Assembly: GCF_004010195.1 (NCBI RefSeq)
Contig: NC_057718.1
Coordinates: 15,543,416 to 15,607,415, forward strand
From: Chiloscyllium plagiosum
Lineage: Eukaryota
Length of the DNA stretch: 64,000 bases
Direction of reading: 5' to 3'
Part shown: positions 52,348-64,000 of the stretch, in pieces
Layout: each line of letters starts with the position of its first letter
Position numbering within the stretch: the stretch's first letter is position 1
Notes under the pieces: model-generated
Databases searched by the model: none
What the model was told of the DNA's origin: nothing
The model's input: the letters and a program-made list of their open reading frames with translations, nothing else
Position numbers and translations under genes: made by a program

Positions 52348-54529
52348 GATATCCTAAAGATGATACCAAGGCACACTTTTGGGACTAAATGATTTTATTC
52401 CATTTTGAACATGTGCTACACTTGACACAATGGTTCATGATGAGAGTGATGGCTATTACAAGCCTTACCTTACGTATGCACACAAAGAATACTCCTATAA
52501 ACACACAGACAAGTGGAATACAAAACCCAGAAATCCAATGCTACAAACAAGAGTCAGCTAGGCACTTTGAAATATAAATGTCATTGTAATTAAGATACTC
52601 CACTATGATTTCACACCATTTGCTTCAATTGGTATAGAAATTCTTAAAACTAACAATTGTACAATATGAACACAGAGGCAAACACTGTAATTACATGTGA
52701 CATTCATAGTGGTCATTGGAAAGGATCAATGGCTGGAATTAACTAAATCAAAGTATAATTCAACTGACTCAAAAAATGTATCCAGGAAATTAGTGATGAA
52801 TGACAAGAATAATTCCAGTTCTTTGGAACTTAAAGTTATACAAGAAAAACTGAAGTGATTAAAACCAAATTCTGCTGAGGGAAAAAAAAATAGCCTGATG
52901 CAGATATTCAAAAGTAATGCAAGATTCAGATGATAAATGATCAAGCCATTTATGTGGGCCACGGACCTAGTACCAGAAGAATCAACCTTTGTCTTCAGCA
53001 ATCGGCCTGTAGGAGATGCAGCTGTCCATGACAGTATTGGTAGGAGTGTTCACCACATGGTCCTGCCTTCAGCAGAGGAAAACATTCATTATATTGTGGC
53101 ATGACCACTGTACTGAATCGATAAATTTTGATAAGAACTAGACAGGGAATTCCAGGAGACATTATGGGTGATCAAATGCTGCAGAATTTTGTTCAACCAC
53201 AATCTAACTTCACAAACTGGCATATATCCTACTCTAACATTACCACCTAGTTAGGGATGAACCCTGGCTCAAAGAAGACAGTGTGTTAGGGGCAGCAGGC
53301 ACATCTAAAAATAGGCAAATCTACTTGAATGCCAAGCAGAGTAAGCAGCATAAAATGTAAAAAGTACTCCAGATTATTTTCTGTTGCATCAAAAAGTTAC
53401 AAAAGTGAAATTCTGCATCAAGTTGACAGTGTACACTTTATTTTTGTTAATGCTCAATCATTTCATGGACTGACAACTTTACTGGACAGTACAGCTTTTA
53501 GTGCTTATCCCTAACTGCCCTGAAGCTGGTGGTGTTGAGCTGCCGCCCTGAACTGCTGCAGTCCTTGGGGGAAATGAACACAGTGATCACAGGGAGTTCC
53601 AGAGTTTTGAGGCAGTAAAGCTTGCAGGTGGTGGTGTCCCTTTCACTGCTGCCCTAATCTTTCCAAAGTGCAGAGATATATGCGAAAGCAGTTTTACTGT
53701 GCTATGTTCACAGAGATAGTCTCAGGTCTGATACTAGTGATCCACTCTTAGATGACGGTATCATTGGATTCTACAGTACTGTGACCAAAAACACCTGTGC
53801 TAAAATTCCACAAATTTTGTTCTCAGCAGCAGGAGTGTGAAGTAGAAATCAGTAATGGGAAGTAGGGATGAATAGGTAGCAGATCTCATTAGTTTTAACC
53901 AGGTTAACAGGTGCTCACTCATGTGGAAGAACAAATGGAAGTGCAGTGAATAATAAGAAAGTTTTATTTTCCAGTTTTGCTTATCATCTGTGCTCTTGCA
54001 CAAAGTACAGCCACTTGTGTATTTTATTCAAGTAAGCATGGTCACAGATAAGAAAACTATTACCAAGTTTATAGTAAATGCCTTCAAAAGGGTTAAAAAT
54101 TGGTATAAAAAGAGAAAACATAATTATTGCAAATTCACTTTTCAAAAAACTCAGCAGTGATGCATTTAGCAGTTACTCAAACACTACATATTGAAATAGT
54201 AAGAATTATTGTTTTACTTCCAGCAGTTCTTTCCACCACCCTCATCCAGCTGGGTTTAGCTATTTGTTTTTGAAATGGAGAATGCTTTATAGCAGAAATA
54301 AAAGGCATAACAAATGTTACACTTTAACGTTTCAGGCAAACAATAAAACATTCTAGATTTGTGAAAGTAGTGTAAAGTAGAATTATAGCTTTCATTTCAA
54401 TTTTGGGCTATACTGTCTACTTAGTCAACTAAAACAAAATAGCCTGATCCAAATAGCTTAGCGCACACATTAAGAAAACGTTTAAAAGACATGTGAACAA
54501 ACATGGTTAAAAGCCTTAGCCAAAATTAC

Positions 54530-56093
54530 CTTTAGACTTTTTTGATGATCTTGTAAGAGGAGGAGAGAAAGTGTAAGAATCTTCTTCTGCTAAAATTATT
54601 GTCCGTGAATCCGAGCTTTTACCAGGTCTCCTTCTAGTTGGTTTGTGGGTAAAAGTTACTGTAAGCTGCTCCTCTTGCCTGTCATCCCCAATATCATCTT
54701 TAACAACAAACTTTGTTTCTTTGCTTGTAACAGTCTCCCTCCTCTTTGTCTGTGAATTAGCAGGCAGGGTTATCTCAACATTTGAAGTCAGTTCAGCAAT
54801 GTTTTCTAGTGCCATAAAATGGGCATCTTTGGCCCTACTTCTTGTAAGTCTGCTGGGTGTTGGTGGCACAGGCACTTGTTCATTAATCTCCAATGTTGAA
54901 AGTGGGTCATTTTGTACGGCATGAACTTCAGAAAGTTTCCTACTTTTCTTTCTCATTGAAGGACGAGTAGTAGGAGCATCAGTTTGCTGACTTAGCGGTG
55001 TTTTTAAAGGGTCATGCAAGATGGGTTCTGCATCGGCTTTAACAGCAACACTACTTCTTGTGGATCTCAAAACTGGCACAGTTTCAGTGAGATGTGAGCG
55101 CGGTGTTTTGGTGACAAGCAGACTACTTTCTATGACATTTCTTTTATGACTGTTAGTTTCCCTGGATGATCTTGAGGTAGGATGGACAGTGTCAGACTTT
55201 TGATCAGTTGGCACATCCTTTGGATCAGCAAAGTTACTTTTCAGGATCTCAACTACACCAGTGGTAGTTTTCCTTGTACTCCTCCTTGGTGTTGCAGTTA
55301 TTTCAACTTTGGGTTTAACTTCCTGTATTTCCACGAACACCAGCTCCTCACTATCTGCAACACTGCCTTCGGTCATCTTATTACCTTTTCCTTTCAAGGA
55401 ATTTTTAGGTGTTGCCATTTGCTTAGTCTGGATAACTTTGCCAGTCTCATCTGCTTGTGTTTTCTTTATTGTCTTGCTTTTACACGACTCACTCCTCTCA
55501 GTTATTACTGGCGCATCTACCTGAACAGGCAAAATCAGTTCAGACAATTCTACCTTTGACTGATCCACTTTAAGAACTTCTATGGAATTCTCTGGTTTGG
55601 CCACTTTAATTGGTTCAGTCACATAGGGCAATGCTTCAGCCAAGTTACGTTGATCTTCCAATGGTTCTTGAAGAACCAAAGAGTTGTGTTTTATATATGA
55701 CTGTTCTTCACTTTCAAATACATTAACTTCTGGAGCATCTTTATTGCGTTCACCAAGTTTAGTTTCTGTGGATTCAAATGCAATTGCCTTTTCATTCTCA
55801 ACTGAAGGAGGCTGTTGATTTTCCTTAGTGGATGTCAACAGTTCAACAGGGTCATCCCCATTATTATTTTCCAACATTAAGGTTAAATTTTCTGGATTAT
55901 CATAGTGGTCTTCAAGCTCAACAATGTCATGCTCAGCATGACTCTCAGTTTTTACAGTGCTATAGGACTGCTCTGCAAGCTCGGAGTTATACCCTTCGAT
56001 AATTACAGCTGATTCATGCTGTACTGGCTCTGTAGAATTTTCAGTCCAAGGTTCCTTGCTTGAGGGCAGCACTTCAAATTCACCATCAACATC
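54530..56093 (-). CDS. AHCTF1: AHCTF1/ELYS large C-terminal exon (about 521 aa, acidic then basic S/T-P rich, likely disordered)
   Basis: 1564-nt open exon, ttgcag| and G|gtaatt, phase 0-1; many TP/SP and RxTR motifs. Confidence 0.82.
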
Positions 56094-57290
56094 CTGCAAT
56101 CAGAAGACAGGAGGTTTGAATCAGAAAACATTTCACATATCCTCTATTTAAGCACATATATTCAAACACCTGTCATGTATAACAGAACAAATACAAAAAA
56201 AATTCACAACACAGTTTGTTTAACATTCATATAAATGAATTACAATTTAAAATAAGAGAACGGCCAAAGGTAAGCATTGAATTTAACTATCATTTGCTTC
56301 CTTCTCAGTGAAAAAATATTTTCTTTAAAAAGGTGTGTGTCACATCCTAAAAAGGAGGTACCACATGAGAGTTTTGTTTTCCTCAATTTTACATGTATTG
56401 ATTCCCAAAGTCCCATCACAAAAAGTTTCATTTTAATATTACATTGACATTATTTTGAATCCAGTGGAGAAATATTGAGAAAGTAGGAAAATAGATCAGA
56501 CAAGTGCCTGTAAACCTCAAGCGATGCAGTAAAATGTAAAATATGACATATATCACTTGGTTTGAGCAGTCAGTAAACCGTTGTTTCAAGCATACTTTTG
56601 AGGTGAAGTCACTGGGAGTTTGTTGCTATTCATCTGGATGAAAGCACAATCAGAAGGTTGCAGTGATTCACACCAAATGCCCATCAATATCATTTAATGA
56701 TAAGATGACATTTAAATGGAATGAGGCTTTGCTAGTGTTGCAAGTATCCAGAAAACAGTAAAATTAATCACTGGCCAACATCAAGAGAAATTCAAGGGTA
56801 GAACTAATATCTGTCCACTAACTAATAAGTACAGACAAATGCCTACAGCTAGGAAGGGAGTCATGCACAGTTATTGATATTGTAGCATCTCCAGCTTCTA
56901 ATTTGAATGCGACTTGGCATAAAAAAAACTCAAATTCAAACTGAAGCAATGCCAAAACAAGAGAGATTAGTCGATTTGGAGGAGACAACGCAAGTGGCTC
57001 CTGGGTAAAGTGCACAATATAAAATAAATAACTGAAACACCTTCTAATTTGAATCAATTCAGAGTCTAGGTTATGTCAGATATTGCAATCACATTTTCCA
57101 CTGAAATCACACAATTATGTCAACACTCAAAACATTTGACATACTGAAACAATAAAGGATTAGAGACGCAAAACTGTGACAATTCACGCCTTAATATGAA
57201 GGGTAAGATACATTTACAGTCACCAACAATTCCTACTGTTTCTTTATTTGGAGACAACTTTCTCCTTCATAAGGCAAACTAACGAATGAC

Positions 57291-57295
57291 AACAA

Positions 57296-57326
<31 letters not shown>

Positions 57327-57335
57327 AATAACAAC
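57291..57335. repeat. (AAT)n microsatellite
   Basis: About 14 imperfect AAT units. Confidence 0.9.
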
Positions 57336-57391
57336 AAATGCCATAATGTTAAAACAAAATACAGAAAAATAGTCTGACTATAAATATTCAC

Positions 57392-57567
57392 CTGAAAATG
57401 CTGAGTGCTTACAGGAAGCAAAATTGCAAGTGGTTCATTCAGTGTACACACACCATTATCTTGCATTATTTCAACATCATTTTCCTCATTTATTGGCAAT
57501 GCTGACTCATTTTCTTCTGGTTTTGACTGTGTATTGGGAATGCCTTCATCAACTACAACCACCACAG
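57392..57567 (-). CDS. AHCTF1: AHCTF1/ELYS exon (VVVVVDEGIPNTQSKPEENES...QHFQ)
   Basis: 176 nt, tttccag| and |gtgaat, phase 1-0 matching the large exon. Confidence 0.72.
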
Positions 57568-58929
57568 CTGGAAAAGAAACAAAATACATTCCCACATTTA
57601 AATACAAAGTAAACAAAACTAAATATCCAATAATTACCATAGCTTTTAAAACGGCTGAGACATTAATAACTGTTAAGATGACCTGTACATTTGAATATCA
57701 TAAGATGCACTAGTTTGAACAGTCCTCTTTTCATTGTATTGTACATAAATCTCTGCACCCCACTCCATAAAGAACCTTCATCACTGCTGTGACAATTCCT
57801 CTAGCTCTTAAAACAGCAATATAGAAAACATTTATTTTCTCCATCTTTAAATTTCTAAATTAAGAATGCTATACTAAATATAGATATTTTTGTGTTACCT
57901 TTATTGCTTGCAAGATACAATAGCTAAATTGAGAAAATGCAGACTCCAAATGGACTGTAACCACAGTGCTTGGTGATTAAATTCCAGATATTCAATTTAT
58001 TCATAGTGGGGAAGCGTTTCAAATGAAATTAGGAACTGTATGGAAAATCATGTTAAAATATTCTACATTTAGTTGACCTCAAAAGGAACAGGAGGAGTTA
58101 AGTCACTGCAATTCTGTTCTGTAATTCAATTAGACCACAGCTGATTGGTGTCTTAATTCCATAGATCCTTACTGGTTTTGAAATGCTCAATACCCTTGCC
58201 TAATAAAAACCTATCAATTTCAGCTTTGACATTTCAAGTGGTTGGTGTCAACAATGTTTGGGAATAGAGAGCCCCCGATTTCCACTGCCTTTGTGTTAAG
58301 ATCTGGCATCGCTGTTGAACAGCTTTATTCTAATTTTAAGGCTCTGACCTCTTCAGGCAAACGAGATTCTTTATTATTTCAACTATATGGATCATCTTAA
58401 ACCTCTCAATTGGATCATATCCATATATCAATTATATTGAAGGGAATCTTACCAGAGATGCTTTAATATTTTAACCATTTTAGCCCAGTATAACAATGGC
58501 AAATCTATACTGTAGAGCCCTGTAATCCCCAACCACAGATTAACATATCCCACCTGTGATGCAGTGTCCAGAATGGAAGGAGATAGATATTCTTGGAGTC
58601 CAGCCATACTCCTGAACAGCAGTAACATAACCTCTACCTATTTGTTGCAATGTATGTTAATATTGTAACTTCACATGCTCATCATAGTATGTAAATATCG
58701 TAGGAATGAAAGCCTCAAAATATATGCAGGCACCAGAGATCAAGAACAGGTTTGATTTTTGATCAGTTGCAGCTAACAAACAGAAATTTTATCACATTTA
58801 AGGACCTCCAAATAAAGACACTGAATAAGTCACACAGTAGGAGTTTTTGTTTGAATAACTTGGGAGTGCATACTTTCCTCTTTCAAGGTCACATTCTACT
58901 TATCCAAATTCAGTTTCATAATGTGAATT

Positions 58930-60085
58930 AACTGACTATAATTCTGCCACACACACCAGTGTAAAGCATTGACAAGTTTCTCCATAGCCTTCCAAATTCA
59001 TCACTTTCAAATATATATCCAGCTCTCTTTGGACACCTCCTATGGAATCCGTCTGCTCCATCTCCAAATCTTTTATACAGAATCAGAAAAAGCAAGGATC
59101 GCAACACCAATCCCTGATATACACCACTTTCAACTTGTCTCTGGTCTGTAAAACACCCGCCCACTAAATCTTTTAGCCAACTTTTAATTGTTACTGCCTA
59201 GGACCCATCAATCCCAAATATTTCTAATTTGTTAACCAATCTGCCATGTGGTAACATATCAAATTCTTTATGAAAATCCAAACATACAACATCCACAGCA
59301 CCACCCTCAACCACTACCTGTGTACCTTGTCAAAGAACTTAAAGTTGAGAGACATGACCTGCCCTGCCCTTGATAAAACCACATTGTCAAGAATAAATTT
59401 ATTCTAGACCAAGTGTATGTTTATTTTATCCTGTATCATGGTCTCCAACAGCTCTCCCCACTATTGATGTCAAGCTAACAGGTCTGTAGTTTCCTGGGTT
59501 ATCCTTTGCCCACTCATTAATAAACAGTGTCACATGTGCAATCCTCCAATTCCCCCATGAAAGCATTTGAAATTTGTCAACACCTCCGCAATTTGCTCCC
59601 ATAACTCTCTCAGCAATCTAGGATGCATCCCATTTAGGCCTGGTGACTTTTTTTTTTAACCTGGACTGCTGCGAGCCTTTTTAATACCTCTTCTTTATCT
59701 CTCACACGCTCAACAACCATATTTTCAAATGGGCCATTGTCACCATTTCCTAATTTGGTCAAGTTAGAAGTAAAGTACTCATTTAGTATCTCGGCCATAT
59801 TCTTCGCTTCAGTAAGCGGCTTACCCTGCTCATTCCCTATGGACCACACTCTATTCTTCACTAATTTATTGTTTACTCTATTAATATATTTCAAGAACAT
59901 TTTACCATTTGTTGTTGGACATCCTGCTATCCTTTTCTCATGCTTAACCTTCCTTACTTCAACCTTAACCTCTCTCCTGCATTTGCGATACTATTCCTGA
60001 TTCATATCTCAATTCCTATCACAATATGAATTACACACCTTTTTCTTCCTTACCTTCCCATCCATATCCTTAGTTATCTAGGGTA
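58930..60085 (-). mobile_element. Old CR1 ORF2 fragment
   Basis: MAEILNEYFTS, SGVYQGLVLRSLLF. Confidence 0.75.
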
Positions 60086-61057
60086 CTTTGGATAGTGATA
60101 AAACATCAGAAGTTTCTTGATGTTTGTCCACCCACTACCCCTTAGGGTAAGGCATTGATATGCATTTATTATAACTGAACAACCAAGCAGGTTGCAATAG
60201 CACTGAACTACAGGGTGGGCAGAAATGAGAAACATTGGGCAGAAATGAGAGTGCGAAGTTAAAACAGACCTCTAAATAAGTTGTGTGCAAGCTTTCCTGA
60301 TACTCTCTGCTGATGCCTCCTGCAGTATGTCTACCTGTTGTCTGATACCCATTACTCCAGGTCAGGTAGAAATCCCTGAACTCTCGAAGTGCCAAATAAA
60401 ATGCTTGGACAACATTTAGCACATCTATGGTATACTGAAAGCACAGCAGTTTTTATGGCTTGTCAATGTGACCTTGGTTTCTAGCTATGAATGAACTTTC
60501 ATCAGACTATCATAGGAATGATAAGCTTCTACTTGCAGTCACTGACATAGCATGACGAAACCTTTTATTTCACAATCACACTTGTTCAAATTTACTTTTA
60601 GAACTGACATTTACTTGTACAAGAAATCTATATCTAAAATACAATGCAGACTCTTCAACTCTCTATGGTGGTGAGCTGGGAGGTAGGAATGGTTTTGAGT
60701 AAAGCACACATGAACATCAGGCCTTTCCACTCTAGCAGAATTAAGTGGGAAGGTCCATTGTAAAACCTCCTGTAAGAGTAAACGGTTTTATTCTATCACC
60801 GCTGGGATGAACCCTGTGACAGGAAGGCTCATTGCCATGCAACATGCATGGCTGCTAAACTGTGTGGCCAGTGTATTACCTCCATCAGTTGGTGGGGAAG
60901 CATTTAAAAGGAAAGTAGTGCCTTGTCAAGGGGAGTCCTTGCTGCCAACGCCCACACCACCCCCCCACCCACTCTATGAACATCTCTCCCTTGTTCATGA
61001 CTTAGGCCACTGGGTTATCCTGGGACTCTGGTGTCTGTCCATTGACAGATGCCACAG

Positions 61058-61278
61058 TTTGAGCTGAAAATGTGTTGCTGGAAAAGCGCAGCAGGTCAGG
61101 CAGCATCCAGGGAACAGGAGAATCGACGTTTCGGGCATAAGCCCTTCTTCAGGAATCGGGCTTATGCCCGAAACGTCGATTCTCCTGTTCCCTGGATGCT
61201 GCCTGACCTGCTGCGCTTTTCCAGCAACAAATTTTCAGCTCTGATCTCCAGCATCTGCAGACCTCACTTTCTCCTCAA
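61058..61278. mobile_element. Palindromic Penelope-derived mini-element, family B
   Basis: 84-bp inverted arms 61061-61144 and 61158-61241 plus tail; 11-bp TSD agatgccacag at 61047-61057 and 61279-61289. Confidence 0.85.
61121..61156 (-). ncRNA. Minimal hammerhead ribozyme, second family
   Basis: Minus strand attc-CTGAAGA-a-gggc(ttat)gccc-GAAA-cg-TC-gatt; stem I is weak. Confidence 0.7.
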
Positions 61279-61578
61279 AGATGCCACAGCTTCCCCAGTG
61301 ATGATGATGAGCATGAGCTGCTAGCCTCCGACTGACTGCCAGCTCTCACTAGGTGAGACTTCAATCCTGGATCCTTGATTCTAACAGAAAGTCCACCACT
61401 GATCCCTCCATTGCCTAAATGGCTTGTGGTTCAGTGGGCCTTCCCAAAATGGGGTAAAGTAGGTTTCATACCAGCTCTCCAGCTGCCAGGTAAGACCCCA
61501 AAGTCTCAACAGGATTCCACCCATGATTAGCAAAGTGGCTAGTGAATGCCCTATTAGTAACCCACCTAGATTAGACAT

Positions 61579-61915
61579 TGGGGCAGCACGGTGGCTCAGT
61601 GGTTAGCACTGCTACCTCATAGCATCAGGGACCCGGGTTCGATTTCAGCCTCGGGCGACTGTCTGTATGGAGTCTGCACATTCTCCCCATGTGCATGTGA
61701 GATTCCTCAGAACTTTGTTTCCTCCCACAATCCAAAGATGTGCAGGTTAGGTGAATTGGCCATGCTAAATTGCCCAATGTTCAGGGATGTGTAGGTTAGA
61801 TGCATTGGTCAGGGCTAAATATGGGATAGGGAAATGGTCTGAATCAGTTACTCTGAGTCGGCGTGGACCTGTTGGGCCAAAGGGCCTGTTTCCACACTAT
61901 AAGGATTCTATGATT
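61579..61915 (+). mobile_element. HE1-type SINE
   Basis: ggggcagcacggtggctcagtggttagcac, box B ggttcgatttc. Confidence 0.88.
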
Positions 61916-62899
61916 CATACTTGCAATTTTCAAGAGCTTGTTTTACAAAAGTAATGAACTGATTAAGTAGCATGATTAGGATGATCGCCTTTTGCCAGGA
62001 TCTAGAGTTTAAATTGTATATATTTTTATACCAGTTGGGAAAAAGTGGTAAAATTGTTTTTACACCATCAACAAGCACTTGTACATTGCTGCTTTGTTAA
62101 GAGAATGGTATTCTTGTTTGATTTGAACAGTTACATTGCTTCTCTAGGCCAAACACAAAAATGTGAAATATTTTTTGCAGAACTAGGTTTTTCACCACAC
62201 AATGGGAGTCTGGTTTAAAATTGTAATTGCAGAGAACTGACTCACTGGAGAACTGTAGTTCTGTGAAAAATATTTCACAACTTTGCTGTCTAGAGGAGCA
62301 TTGTGGCTATTCAAGTCAAACAAGAATACCATTCTCTTAACAAAAGGGTTGGTATACCTATATTTATTGATGGGATAGAAACAAATTACCATGACCTCTC
62401 TCACCCAAACTAATAGAACTCTCTACATTAAATGAATCTAGTTTATAGCCAATCTAAACTGCACAAGCTCACAGTACAGAACTGCATGTAATTAAATGCA
62501 GAAGTGCAAGTGTCTTCAGTAAATTTAAAGGTGGCTGGTGCAGGAAATCATAAGAATCACATACTAACACACAACAAATCAATCTTGCAAATTTGTTGCA
62601 ACAAAAGAAATGAACCCAAGATTCTAAGCTTACCCATCAGCCATCCTTTATTTATTCCAGGGATGAAGAGACTGTGCTGAAGAAAACAATCAATCATTCT
62701 TCACTTGGGGGAGTCGTGAACATTTGCCTTTCAATAAGAAGGCAACCTTTTACTTAAAGGTCAAAGAGATTTAAATGTGAAGTTTTTAAATTATGAAGGG
62801 TTTTGGGTGTGTTAATGGCAAAGACCATTTTTGTTAAATGAGGAATCAATGTTTAGATTATTAACCTCAGACTATTAGCAAGAGAGAACAGTCAGAATT

Positions 62900-64000
62900 T
62901 AGAACTTAGAACATAGAAAAGTACAGCACAGAACAGGCCCTTTGGCCCACGGATATTATGCCGAGGTTTAATCCTAATGTAAAATATAATAACTTACGCA
63001 TCTCTCAACTCACTGCTATCCATGTGCATGTCCAGCAGCCGCTTAAATGTCCCTAATGACTCTGCTTCCACCACCAACACTGGCAATGCACTCCATGCAT
63101 TCACAACTCTCTGCATAAAGAACCTTACTCTGAAGTCCCCTCCATACTTTTCTCCTAATATCTTAAAACTATGACCCCTCGTGGCCATCAATCCTGCCCT
63201 GGGGGAAGGTCTCTTGCTATTGGCCCTATCTATTCCTCTTATTATCTTAGTTAAAACTCACAACACCAGGTTATAGTCCAATAGGTTTAATTGGAAGCAC
63301 ACTAGCTTTCGGAGCGACGCTCCTTCATCAGGTGATTCCTCGATTAGGTCTGTTCTCTTGCTCCTTCTCTCCAGAGAGAAAAGTCCAAGCTTATTCAACC
63401 TTTCTTTATAAGGCAAGCCATCCAGTCCAGGCAGCATCCTGGGAAACCTTCATTGCGCCCTCTCCAAAGCCTCTGTATCTTTCCTATAGTAGGGTGACCA
63501 GAATTGGAAACAAAATTGCAAGTGTGGTCTCAACAGGGACTTGTAGAGCTGTAGCATAACCTCGCAACTCTTAAACTCGATCCCCCTGTTAATGAAAGCC
63601 AAAACACTTTCTTAACAATCCTATCCACTTGGGTGGCAACTTTCAGGGATCTATGTACTTGCACACCAGATCCCTCTGTTCCTCCACACTGCCAAGAATC
63701 CTATCTTTATTCCTATATTCAGCATTCATGTTCGACCTTCCAAAATGCATCACTTCCTATTTATCCAGGTTGAACTCCATCTGCCATTTCTTAGCCCAGC
63801 TCTGCATTCTGTCTATGTCACGCTGCAGCCTGCAATAACCCTTGATACTATCAACAACACCTCCAACCTTTGTGTCATCTGCAAATTTACGAACTCACCC
63901 CTCAATCTCCTCATCCAAGTCATTTATAAAAACTACCAAGATCAGATGCCCAAGAACAGAGCCCTGCAGGACCCCACTCAACACTGACCTCCAGGCAAAA
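62900..64000 (-). mobile_element. CR1 LINE 3' portion running off the window
   Basis: TRGHSFKI, FFMQRVVNAW; FADDTK near 63875. Confidence 0.88.
63300..63334 (-). ncRNA. Minimal hammerhead ribozyme, same family as 48728-48762
   Basis: cactagctttcggagcgacgctccttcatcaggtg, identical to 48728-48762. Confidence 0.78.

Noticed and set aside
53700..53800. Possible intronic C/D snoRNA
   Set aside because: No properly spaced box C and box D pair on the host strand
54643..55559. Plus-strand ORFs over the large exon
   Set aside because: Antisense shadows of the AHCTF1 exon
60134..60700. Possible hAT transposase remnant (LNVVQAF, SDESS)
   Set aside because: Motifs are too short and degenerate to support without an HMM search
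1..64000. CRISPR arrays or prokaryotic defence systems
   Set aside because: Vertebrate intron-exon DNA; no repeat-spacer array or operon seen

Overview
Eukaryotic genomic DNA, almost certainly from a shark/elasmobranch (HE1-type tRNA SINEs and HER1/CR1-type LINE tails throughout). Two intron-rich genes lie on the minus strand. The first ten coding exons of a kinesin-3 KIF28-like gene (29837 to 1150; intact motor domain, consistent splice phases) continue beyond the left edge. The last five exons of AHCTF1/ELYS (57567 to 45000) enter from the right. The same neighbourhood occurs in human (AHCTF1 next to the KIF28P pseudogene). The rest is nested transposon debris: CR1/HER1 LINEs (one with a GDSL-esterase ORF1), HE1 SINEs, an L1 fragment, Gmr1-type Gypsy remnants (integrase before RT) and a Penelope GIY-YIG remnant. 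The most striking signal is several families of short, palindromic, Penelope-derived elements. They carry minimal hammerhead ribozyme cores and 11-13 bp target-site duplications, and several hammerheads are sense to the AHCTF1 pre-mRNA. An 85-N gap lies at 34130-34214. Repeat boundaries are approximate; exon boundaries were read from GT/AG sites by hand.
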